Both the position numbers and the translations under genes were made by a program. Of a stretch of 64,000 nt of DNA, positions 1 through 11,425 are shown piece after piece (the first letter of the stretch is position 1; every line of letters starts with the position of its first letter). This DNA comes from Lytechinus pictus. Lineage: Eukaryota. The notes under the pieces are model-generated. The model saw only the letters and a program-made list of their open reading frames with translations, did not search any database and was not told the origin of the DNA. The DNA lies in NCBI RefSeq assembly GCF_037042905.1, contig NC_087250.1:12960001-13024000 (forward strand), written 5' to 3'.

Positions 1-297
1 GAAATGAAAATGAACTTCCATGAAAACAGACTCGAATGCCTGTCATGCCAAAGCACAACAGAAAAGTCTTTGTCGAAAATTGGTGATTCAAAACACCAGT
101 TTCGTTCTGGATTCTGTAAGAAAGACATAATTGCAATTTTCGTCAGCTCCGAAACTTAGGACGAAATCAGAGTGCTGTTCCGGTTCACCAATTTTAGACC
201 AATACCTCCCAGCTGTTCTTTGCCATTTTACCGGCATTTTCAAAATGTCAATACATTTTCTGTGTTGTTGAATCCTTCTCTTTTCCAAATTCTTCAG

Positions 298-3200
298 GTT
301 GTGGGACCGTTCCTTTCATGATCGTGGTGGGGGATGCTCTTCATAATTTCGGAGATGGACTTGCGATCGGGGCTTCATTCACTCTTGGGATCTCTGCCGG
401 TCTCAGCACGAGCATCGCCGTGTTCTGCCACGAGCTGCCTCACGAGTTAGGTAATTACGTCCTGTCATGTTTCAAAATGGACAATTCCTATTCTCAGTCA
501 TTATTATTAACGATAAATGCAAGGTATTATTTAGCGCCATTTCCACCTTGATAAAAATGCCTGAGGCGTTTTTTTAAAAAGAAAGAGAAAGAGAGAGAGA
601 TACAGAGAGGGAGAGGGAGAGAGGGGGGGGGGGGTGGGGTGAAGAAGAAGAAACAGAAGAAAAGAAAGGGATAAATGACTGTCATTTAAACACACGTTGA
701 AAGAAATTACAGCGTTTTCATTTTTAAAACCCCGTAGAAGAAGGAAAAGACATAGAAAGAACGCTGTTTAAAATGTTTGTACAACGCTGGCCTGGCTATT
801 ATGGACTTTTAAAGTAGTCTTTTGACATTGTAAACGAGTATTTGCAATTGAGAGAAGAGGAAGAAGAAAAGAGAGATAAATAACTGTCATTCAAACACAT
901 GTTGAAAAAATACAGGGTTTGTATGTTTCATGCTCTGTTACAGTATAGAAGAAACAATACATATAAAAAACGATGTTTAAATGTCAAAAGCTGATTAACA
1001 ACCATGCTTATTTCATTACACGTTGTCGCTTTTAAACAAGTCTTTAAACCTTCTACCGAGTACTCTAAAGTTCGTATCGTAAACAGCTAGCGTTGTATAA
1101 CTTTTAAACATCTTTTTTTTTTATGTGTATCTTGCTACTAAAATATTTCAATGGGAAGTAGAACATGAATAAGGCCATGATTAGAGTCCGTTTGTGTTGG
1201 TGAAGCATAAGTAAATAGTGATTGTAAAAAGCATCCCCTGCAGCCCAGTAGACTTTATTTTATTGTTTTATTGAGTGATAAAAGGAGGGGATCAATAAAG
1301 AAAGGACGTGGAGATATCTACTACACAAACGCGGCTTCTTTGATATACCGACTTCTTCTTAGTTCTCAATTTCTTATGTTCTTATTATGCCGTCTACTTC
1401 AAATGACACTGAAAGCTTAATTGTTTTGTCAATGTTGTCATGACAAACAACAGCCTTCTTCTTTTCTTCTTCTTCTTCTTCTCCTTCTTTTTTCTTTCTT
1501 TCTTCTTCTTCTTCTTCTCGGGTCACTACACAAGTCATGTTAAGTGTATATTGGAGTTAAACATGTTAAAAGACTCATGCGGGCGTCCAGTAATATAAAG
1601 GTTATAGCGATTCGTAGAAAAATGTTCTACGATCATTGCTAAGCTTTGTGCGGCGGGCCCATGATCTTTGGCAGCAGCAACCCTAAATGAATAAAAAAAA
1701 ATGAAATCTAAATGCAACTTACACGATTTTTACCCTCTTAATATATATATTTTTTGTTTGTTTGTCTATTATCTATTTTTTGTTGTTTTGCAAGGAAATT
1801 ATTCACACCTTGCCACTCTCCATCCGGTGCCAAAAGGGTACCTGGTATAGGATGTGAAAGTAATTTTAGCTTTTCCAGTATTGTGTGCGCCTCATTAACG
1901 ACTGGCTGGAATACTCCCAAGGGAGTGGAGGATGCGATTCCATTGTGTGCGGATATAAGTGATTGGAATCCGAAAACAGTGGAAAAAAAATCGGTGAGCG
2001 CGTAGATACGGACATTGTATGCCTTACGCGCATTATGAATAACCAGGCTTAGACTCGCACTTCAATTCCCAGTTGCACGCGGTATAAAATACACGGCCGC
2101 ATCGGTGAGATCATGCTAAGAAGACGCGAGCTGTACTGCGAATTAATTCTACAAGTCGGCATTTAAGTGCGACTGTCATATCTAAAGCTTTATGAAGCAC
2201 CCCCAGATTATTATTATTATTTTTTTTTTTTGAAGAACTATTTTTTATATTTCTCTTTCAAAAGGGGACTTGGCCATTCTTCTTAACCAAGGAATGCGCC
2301 TGCCAATAGCTGTGTTTTGGAACCTTCTCTCCGCGTGCACATGCTTTTTGGGATTGTGGGTCGGCATCCCTCTCGCGCAGACGGAGAACGCGGCGGAATG
2401 GATTTTCGCTGCTACCGCCGGCACGTTTCTTTACGTTGGACTTGTGCACATGGTGAGATCATCTAATTTCTAACAAGAAATCATAGGCAATTCCATTGTA
2501 ATTCTCTGGGACGTGGGGTTATAGGGGATTATATTAACATGATTGTTATCTTACTAACTTGGGCATAAAGGTAAAGGGGCAATGGGAACTGTATAGCCCC
2601 CTTATACTGTACGCCTTTTTCAATGATATTTTTGGACCATGACGAAATAGATGTTCAAAAGTACTCGAGAAATTGATCAAGTGCCCCATTGCATAAAAGT
2701 TATTATTGTAACTTTGCTATCCAATGGTATATACCATGGTAACGCTGATCCACGGCCAATCACAATCAATGATTCCATGCAAGTAATCATTGCATGGCAA
2801 AGTTACCATAATGGATATCACGCTATGAGATTTGAAAAAAAAACTATCGCCAAAGATATATGTATCCGTTTTTACTACACCCTCTTATAATCTTCAGCTA
2901 TCTTAATTGTTGAAAATAAATGACATTTTCTGTGCGATTTATAATTTCAATTATATCGTCTCTTGCGTTATTACATGTATCAATAGGGAACATGATCCAC
3001 AAGCTGATTGCTTCAAACGTTTCCTCCGCATTTCCGTTTTTAATAGACTTTATTTCTTTATCTATATAATTATCTATATACTTGTATAGAGTATGATTAA
3101 GAATGGTTGTTATTTACATTCTATACTTATCGTATATGTGGAAAGGTTGTTCAGCTTTGTTATGTAATTAAATCTGAATTTTGTAATTCACGGAAATATA

Positions 3201-3411
3201 ACTTTAGAAATGAAAAAAAAAAACTCGAAAATTTAATTTAAAAATATTTGGGTTTCTTTTACTTTTTCGTTCTCAGCTCCCCCTTCTGCATTCCTACAAA
3301 GGCGAGAGAAAGGGAACCGTCTTCATTCTGCAGAATATCGGCTTCCTGCTTGGGACACTCCTCATCCTGCTCATCGCTCTCTACGAGGACGCCATTAACG
3401 TCGCAATCTGA
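298..3411 (+). CDS. LIV-1-subfamily ZIP (SLC39A) zinc/metal transporter, last three coding exons (298-450, 2265-2452, 3277-3411); 5' part lies outside the window
   Basis: The AG/GT-bounded exons join in frame: ..[106 protein letters not shown]. HNFxDG (TM4) and [10 protein letters not shown] (TM5) are the LIV-1 signatures. Confidence 0.95.
1455..1518. repeat. (CTT)n-rich microsatellite
   Basis: Directly visible imperfect CTT run. Confidence 0.85.
1790..2040 (+). mobile_element. Degenerate SINE-like fragment (Deu/Nin-domain-like)
   Basis: Contains GGTACCTGG..GGCTGGAATACTCCCAAGGGAGTGGAG, which resembles the conserved central domain of deuterostome SINEs. Recognised by eye only. Confidence 0.4.
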
Positions 3412-4296
3412 AAAGTCGACCTACGAACATCATAAGACGAGACATGCGAGACCAACGAAATGGGATCTCGAATCCAGACTGATGAAAGAATAGGCGGAAA
3501 AAAGAGAGGGAAGGTGGTTTTAGGGAAGGGGGGGGGGGGGGTGGTGTTTCGCTTCCTGTGTGGCCGGGGGGAGGGAAGGAAGAGGGTAAGGGCTTTTTAA
3601 GTGCATATCACTCATTAGAGGAGAGAGGGGAGGGGTGAGCTCTTACACAATAATTTATCTTTATATAATCAAATTGATTTGATTTCTTTATCTCTTTTCA
3701 GTTATTTGATACATGTTACTGTATGAAACTTTTTATGTATTTTGCTTAGTGTATTTATGTGATTCTTTAAGCGAACAAACTCTTTTTTTTTTAATTAAGC
3801 TGAGTAATGTAGTTATGTTATTTTCTGAAGTGTGGACTCTATTGGAGTCGGTTTCGTTGGTGAGACTTTAAAAAATATATATATAGCAAAGGCCTTATAT
3901 TAGATCAGGCATGCGCAGTTTACTCTTTCATACGATCTTTTTGGCTCATGCTGTTAATAAAAATACTTAATACAAATGTACAACAAGTTCAGATAATGCC
4001 TGTCAACCACCAAGCTAGTTAAAACAAACAAAAACACTTAAACAAGTAGAAAAATGTAGATTACTTTTGTTGATGTAATAAATATATAGCAAAATCGTAG
4101 TGTATTTATAAACTGAACTACGCCATAACTTTGCAACTTGCCTATGTCAACGCAATATAATTTTTTTTCTCATTACTCAATGCTTTCAAAACTTTGTAAG
4201 AAAGCATTCGCAAGTATGAAATAGCCTCTCATATGTTTGAAGTGTTGTAAGAATTCCATTCTCCGTCATTATGCTATGCAGAAATTTATGCATTGA

Positions 4297-4754
4297 AGTG
4301 GAAGTTCAGCCTGACAAAAAGTTTATTGTAAACATAGCAGAAGAAAATAACAAAAAAGAATATTGGTGACGATTTGAGGAAAACCCGTCAAAGATTTAAA
4401 AAGTTATTTGTGACGTCATATGCGAGCAGCTTCCCATATATCGTGAATTAAAAAAAATCAATGAAATGTGCTTTTCACACACACAAAAAAGAATGAAAAT
4501 TAGTTATATTGTTTCTTATGTATATCCACAAATTATTTTACCCCAACTTTTGAAGGAAGAAATTTTTAGTCATCATGAACCATTAAACAAAAATGAAATT
4601 TATGCATTTCATATTACATAACAGTTGCTCGTATATTTTTTTTAAAATAATCTTATTAATCCTTAATGGATTTTACTCAAACCTTCACCAATATTCAATA
4701 TTATTTTTCCCGGTATTTTTACAACAAACCTTTTTGTCAGGATGATTTCTCACT
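4297..4754. mobile_element. Non-autonomous TIR element, Kolobok-like (TTAA site, AG..CT ends); related partial copies at about 7690-8150 and 56720-57230
   Basis: Imperfect TIRs AGTGGAAGTTCAGCCTGACAAAAAG / CTTTTTGTCAGGATGATTTCTCACT, flanked by TTGA and TTAA. Internal motifs (GTGACGTCAT, AAACCTTCACC) are shared with the 7.7-8.1 kb copy. Confidence 0.55.
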
Positions 4755-5785
4755 TTAATTGCTAAAATTGTCTTAGATATATATATTTCCATGATTTGTA
4801 TTTTGTCTTAATGGTCCAACCAATATTTAAGATATTTTAGCTTATCTAAATATTAGCGAATTTAAGTTTTGAGCGAAGTCGGAGGAGAAAAATCAAACCA
4901 TACGCTTTTGTTTGTTGTCCCATCATTCCCGACAAATTTTCCCATCCATGATCTTTTAGTCTCTTCTCTCATCAAACACATCTGAATATAGTAAAATATT
5001 GCATTCATGATCATAAATTCAAAACGTATTCAATCAAATTACACCATAATTACATAGCTTGGTTTGAACGTACAATGATCGTCATCAACACATCCATACA
5101 TTTTTTTGAAAATAGATTATTGACAATTCTAATCGAAAACGGAACAAAAGTCGTGAATAAATTATAAATCATTTATATACAAACAAAATATATATTTTCA
5201 AATCAAATACAAACACTGAAATGCAGTTTTACCTAAAATCAGACAAATTATTCACTATTCCTTGATGGTTGTATCAAACACAAATTGTTACATGTTTAAT
5301 CGATCTGTAAGCGAAATTACTCTCTCTTTATATTAATGCATGTGTCATTGTTTGTAGTCTGTGTGTTTGTATAATAACATATATTTAATCTGAAATTAAA
5401 AATATTATCATGTTCATCGGAAATTATTGGCCCAGTATTTGTAACTTAAGTGTACATTTCAGACGCAATCACTGGACTGCCCGTAGTACAGTTGATGTAG
5501 TGCGACTTCATACGTTAACTATAATATATTTTACATGTGTATTGTCACACTTGCCGTGATTTTGTTGTGGAAGTTTGTGGTGAAAACTTATGTTTATTTA
5601 TGAATTTGATTTCTCTTGTTAAATCAAGCTAACTTGGAGGTTAATAATTCATATTGCTGCTTCCCTCCACAAATTTAGTAAAGAATTGACTTGAGTATAC
5701 CGTCCAAGTTTATTGACTAGATAAGCCAATACACAAACAGAATAAGGCGAGATGATTAAATATTGCGGAATACCTTACCTATTCT

Positions 5786-5917
5786 GGGGCCCGTAACACA
5801 AAACTTAGCAATGATCGTAGAACATTTTTCTACGATTGATTCCATAGACTACAATGTACAATCAATCGTAAAAATCAAGCGTACGATCAATCGCTAACCT
5901 TTGTGTTACAGGACGCT
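5786..5917. mobile_element. Short PIF/Harbinger-type MITE (GGGGCCCG terminus); a deleted relative lies at about 1580-1660
   Basis: GGGGCCCGTAACACAAAACTTAGCAATGATCGT pairs imperfectly with ACGATCAATCGCTAACCTTTGTGTTACAGG. Confidence 0.55.
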
Positions 5918-7318
5918 AGTTAGGCATAATTATGTGTGTGATGGGGCGTCGCAAGAAATTACGTTCAATTGCAAATTAATCCGAGGTCTCTAAATCAATC
6001 ATAATTATGTTTTGTAATTGATTCGGCATTTGTCATTTATTGCTTATAGGCTTTTTGTAGCAGGGAGTTAAATAATTTGTCCTAGCTATATAAATGATCG
6101 GTCGTTTGTAAAATTGCAAGGCAAATTTGCAATTGATTGCAAATTATCTTTCTGTTCTTTCAGAACCCAGCGACCAATTAGTTCAACTTTGTATTTTCAT
6201 CATCATTGACTATAAAGTCAAATGCCATCGTTGTGAGCAAATTTCTAATAAAAGAAGATTTTTTATCTATCGTCCCTTTGTTCACCCTTTTCTGTTAGAT
6301 TGTTCATGTCGTGTATGTCGATTTTTTTTTTTTTTTCAAATTTATGTACATAATCATGATTATTGTTGAGTATCACACAATTTAAAAATAAAATCTATTT
6401 TGAAGGTTCCAGAAAGGGGAGCTCAAAAAGGTGCAGCATCGAATGAATTTTATTTTAATAAAGCCAGTAATCCATTTTGGCCCAGTTGTCCTAAGTTGTG
6501 CAAGGAATATAGTTACTTTTCCCAAAGCACAGGGTGTATATAGTAAATAGTGGTAGTAACATACGAGCTGTGATTGGCTAGATTGGTATAACGCGACCTC
6601 CCTTCGCGTACAACAATTAGGCGTTGTACAACTCACTATAATAAATAGTGAACGTCCTATCATATAATATAACTGGACTATATGAACTGCAAATATAAAA
6701 TTATCCCTCGTGCAGATCGATTTCACCTCGGCCTTCGGCCTCGAAGAAATAAACCTGCGCTCGGGATAATTTTATATTTTGTCACATATAATCCAGTATA
6801 TTGTACAATAGATTCTACACTATTCATATAATATATATATGCCCATATTTATAGATATATATATATATATTGTGTGAAAGAAATGGATGAAGAGAAAAAT
6901 GGTAGGCGTAGCTTACCTACCTAAGAGAGAAATAAGCAAAGGGGAAGAGGGAGAGAGAGGAAGAGAGAGAGAGAGAAATGAGAGTAATGGAAAGAAAAAG
7001 AGGGAGAGAGGAGGTATGACCTCCAAATAGAAAGAGAAAATTGAGTGAGGTAGAGAGAAAACAGAAAGTGGTGAAGAAGAGGAGATTGACATGAAGAACA
7101 TAAAAGACAAAAATATTGTCAATTATGATTGACACTGCATAAAGATATGAATATCCTATATTAGATACAGAATTAATTATATATATATATTTTTTTGTCA
7201 CATCATGGGCACTGACGAAGAGTGTGACTTTACCTTTTATTTTTGAGAGCTATGCTCCTTTTAAAATCTACGATTTTATTTCCAGTACGGCATTTTCTAA
7301 ACCATTTGTGATTATTTC

Positions 7319-7323
<5 letters not shown>

Positions 7324-7383
<60 letters not shown>
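7324..7383. repeat. (TA)n microsatellite
   Basis: About 30 TA units. Confidence 0.95.
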
Positions 7384-7386
<3 letters not shown>

Positions 7387-7487
7387 TCAACATGATAACA
7401 ATTAGTATAACATCTTAGCAAGACAGCAACTGTGATCATTTCAAATTTTCTATGTACGTAGGCCCCCCCCCCCCCGAAAAAAAGGCT

Positions 7488-7690
7488 CGGTGTAAAATTG
7501 GCAGAGGTAAAAATGGCAGAGGTAAAAATGGCAAAGGTAGAAATGGCAGAGGTAAAAATTGCAGAGGTAAAAATGGCAAAGGTAAAAATTGCAAAGGTAA
7601 AAATGGCAGAGGTAAAAATGGCATAGGTAAAAATGGCAGAGGTATAATGGCAGAGGTAAAAATGGCTGGGGTGAAAATTACAGAGGTATT
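7488..7690 (+). repeat. 15-bp tandem array (GGCAGAGGTAAAAAT)n
   Basis: Directly visible; it is the inverse of the array at 10171-10516. Confidence 0.9.
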
Positions 7691-8352
7691 ATAAAGTTTA
7701 TTGTAGAAATAGCAGAAAATAAGTAAAATGATAATGGTGGGGGTTTTAGGGAATCCATCAAAGATTTAAAAAGCTATTAGAATTTTACATTTCAACGGTG
7801 ACGTCATTTGCAAGCAGTTTTTCCCACATATGGTGTAATAAAAAATATCAATGAAATGTCAATTTCTTAAAAAAAAATTAAAATGGCCTTTATTGTACCT
7901 TAAGTATATCAACATACAAATCATTTCACATCCGCACCTGAAAGATTATTTTTAGCAATCATGAACCACTGATTAAAATATTGAAAAGTATACATTTTGG
8001 TGCATAAAATACGGGGCAGCTGCTAGTATATGACGTCACAGATCAAAAACTAAAACTTCTAATAACTTTCTTAATCTTTGATGGGCTTTCCGCAAACCTT
8101 CACCTTCTGCTAATTTAACAGTAAAACATTTGTCAGGGTGAATTTCCTCTTCAAAACAGGTCGATAGAATGATACCTAAGAAACACCTATAAATTAAATC
8201 CCTGATTCGCTACACATTTCAATATTCATGCGGTAACCGTTACCATAGAAACTAGGTTAGGAACCCGACATCCACTTGGACTAGGTGCAATGAGGTATTG
8301 CTCTGAAAAACTGAACACTAGTTGCTATTATTATATCATTTACATGAAACTA

Positions 8353-9731
8353 AACCCCTCAAAAAAAGTTTGGAAATCTGAGTTTGGCCATTGGTTTCTC
8401 CAAAATCCCAATTTTTGCACAATGCAAATTTGACATCATTCAAAAGATAATTTAATTCTCTTTAAAATGAAACCATGCTTGATGCTTGTTATGATCATGC
8501 CATCACGAAAAGAGCAGGATTCAAATATGCTGGATGAAGTCTGGATTGAAAAGCTGCAAAACGAGCAAAAAATGTTCGGAAATCTGAGTCTGGCCATTAA
8601 TTTCTCCCAACTCCAAATTTTACACAATGCATATTTGATATCATTCGAAAGATCATTTAATTCTCTTTAAATTGATATAGAGACAGTGATTTTCCGTTTC
8701 AAAAAATGGTCTTTTCCGTTTCTGAAAATCTGTAATTCCGTTTCAACTTGATCTAAAAATGAAAATTCTGTTTTGTCACTGTAAATGTACACAGCAAAAA
8801 CCTGAATTCCGTTTTGCAAAGGTTAATTCCATGAATTTTTACATAAAAAGCATAAGAACCAAACGGAATTTCCGTTTTATTTACCAGTAAAACGGAAAAT
8901 CACTGTCCCTATAATGATACCATGCTTGTTATGATCATGCCATTACGAAAAGAGCAGGATTCAAAAGTGTTGGATTAGGTCTGAATTCAAAAGTTGCAAA
9001 ACGAGCAGAAATAGTCATGAAGGGTCAATGCAGAACATGATTCTTTTGTCTGTGTCAATAGAGATGAAAATCCATTCAAATCAAGCACCCCTGCCTCTTC
9101 ATTTTTTATGTTTTGTTGTGGTTTATGTAGTGATGGTTCGTTTGTTTGTTATGTGTTTGCTTGTGCAGTAGGTGTGTTTGATTCCATGTTAATGTTGATG
9201 TTAAGGTGCATGAAAACAAAAGAAACCGCTGAGAAACTCACTCATCACTACGGAAGGAATAACAGTGACTTTCAATATTGTGTCATTTTGCAACTTTTGA
9301 ATTTTGACCTTGCCCCACATTTCAAGGCACTGCACCTCCATGTGAACCATAATGATATCATGTAAAGTATCATTTTAAAGAAAATTAAATGATCTATTCA
9401 TTCAGTCATTGATATTAATTATTGATATTTACTAAAACCGAGGAGGGATTATCGATCAAAATCAAAAGAAACCGCTGAGAAACTCACTCATCACCACGGA
9501 AAAAGAACAGTGACTTTCAATATTGTGTCATTTTGCAACTTTTAATTTTTGACCTTGCCCCACATATCAAGGCACTGCACCTCCTTGTGAACCATAATCA
9601 TATCATGTAGGGTATCATTTTAAAGAAAAGCCAATGATCTATTCATTGATACTAATTACACATTGATATTTACTAAAACCTAGGAGGGATTATCGATCAG
9701 AGTCAGATTTCCAAACTTTTTTTGAGGAGTT
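8353..9731. mobile_element. Tc1/mariner-like non-autonomous element with TA flanks; contains an internal 246-bp tandem duplication (9217-9699)
   Basis: TA-AACCCCTCAAAAAAAGTTTGGAAATCTGA ... TCAGATTTCCAAACTTTTTTTGAGGAGTT-TA. The duplicated unit starts CAAAAGAAACCGCTGAG at 9217 and 9463. Confidence 0.7.
8678..8911. mobile_element. hAT-like MITE nested in the Tc1-like element
   Basis: TIRs TAGAGACAGTGATTTTCCGTTT / AAACGGAAAATCACTGTCCCTA; degenerate 8-bp flanks AATTGATA / TAATGATA. Confidence 0.65.
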
Positions 9732-10170
9732 TATATACGTATCATATCAATATCTATTCGGATCCATTATGATGTTGAAAAACGAAAAATTGCTTTTATT
9801 ACAGAACGTTTTGTTATTTTGCTGTTATCCAAGTTATGCCAGTGGTTAAAACAATACCGAACTTGTCTATTTCGGTGTGTTAATGGTAGCGCACATTGGT
9901 CTTTACATTAAAATTTGTTGGTTATGTATGGGATGAAGTGCTGTAATACGAACTGGCCAAGATAAATACTTTCTCAATCACTAATTGAAATCATTTTGGC
10001 ATGAAAATCGTATCAACGATAAAGTATAGACCTAAAATGATGACAAAAAATCCATATAATATCTAATTTGTTCATAATACTCATTTCGTCGAGAGGAGTC
10101 CATTCAAGTTCAATAACTATGACTGATAATTAGCCGAAAAGGCTGTTTTTTCCTTGTTGATGTCATGATC

Positions 10171-10516
10171 TTTACCTCTGCCATTATTACCTCTGCCATT
10201 TTTACCTCTGCCATTTTTACCTCTGCCATATTTACCTCTGCCATTTTTACCTCTGCCATTTTTACCTCTGCAATTATTACCTCTGCCATTTTTACCTCTG
10301 CCATTTTTACCTCTGCAATTTTTACCTCTGCCATTATTACCTCTGCCATTTTTTACCTCTGCCATTTTTACCTCTGCCATTATTACCTCTGCCATTTTTA
10401 CCTCTGCCATTTTTACCTCTGCAATTGTTACCTCTGCCATTATTACCTCTGCCATTTTTACCTCTGCCATTTTTACCTCTGCCATTATTACCTCTGCCAT
10501 TTTTACCCGGCACCGT
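10171..10516 (-). repeat. 15-bp tandem array (ATTTTTACCTCTGCC)n ending in CACCG
   Basis: About 22 units, directly visible; the source of the spurious MAEVK, GRGKN and FTSAI ORFs. Confidence 0.9.
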
Positions 10517-11335
10517 TGCCCAGGGGGCACTTGACGAGTGGATACCAGTCTAATGCCATTCCGTCTAATAACCTACTAAGACTAAGTGTTAAATTGTGCC
10601 AAATAAATGAAAATGTAATGGATTTAGACCAACTGGTTATGAAACGAAATGGTCAGAGACGAAATGGTATTTAGACGAAGTGATGATTGGACCAAATGGT
10701 TAATGGGCCAAATGATTGTAAGAAGAAATGTTGATGGACGTAATGGCATCAGACTAAATGAAATTAGACCATGTGGTGAGTGGACTAGTTGGCAGTAGAC
10801 GAATTGACAATTTACCACCCCGAGCACCCCGGCCTACTTCACAGGGCCACGCGGTCTCTCGATATCAACTTTCACCTACCTTTTAATCATTTTTATCTAT
10901 ATGTAATAGACATGAAATTTAATATCTAGCCTTTCACCATACAAAAATGTATTGTGTTTGCTTTGATTAAAAAATGCGTTTAAGTGCTACTGTGAACCTA
11001 GTCTGTTATGTATCGGTATCCTAATAAAAACATCCCGTTCAACGGTACACTTATTGATTGCTTTTTTTAGTGCGTAATTGATTTTTGACTAAATATCTTG
11101 CTTAAAATCTGGCCCATTTTCCTCTATTTACAGTTGAAAAATATTACTCTCATGCATGACTCTCGCAAAGCAGATGTTACACTCAAATCCACGATCATCT
11201 AAATTTAGTAAGTATCAATCTTCTTTTAATTAAGTGCTTCTTGTCAAACAAGTGAACGAAAAGAGATAGGCCTTCTATTAATCAAGTAATAATTTTGAAA
11301 TGGGTTGATTGACACTTGAGAATCAATCTCGAAAG

Positions 11336-11359
11336 TATAAAAAGGAGGGACTGATAAGC
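11336..11359 (+). promoter_or_regulatory. TATA box (TATAAAAA) and adjacent GATA motif (CTGATAAG) of the lipase gene
   Basis: TATAAAAA starts 90 bp upstream of the ATG at 11426; TGATAA is at 11352. Function is inferred from position only. Confidence 0.55.
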
Positions 11360-11425
11360 ATAAATCACCAAGTTCTCTTCCTTGAGTTCTCATCAGCAAG
11401 CTACTCATTTACTGCTTGGAAAATC

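Noticed and set aside
10110..10674. Repetitive ORFs (MAEVK)n, (GRGKN)n, (FTSAI)n; likewise 7436-7694
   Set aside because: Translations of a stop-poor 15-bp tandem repeat, with no splice or gene context.
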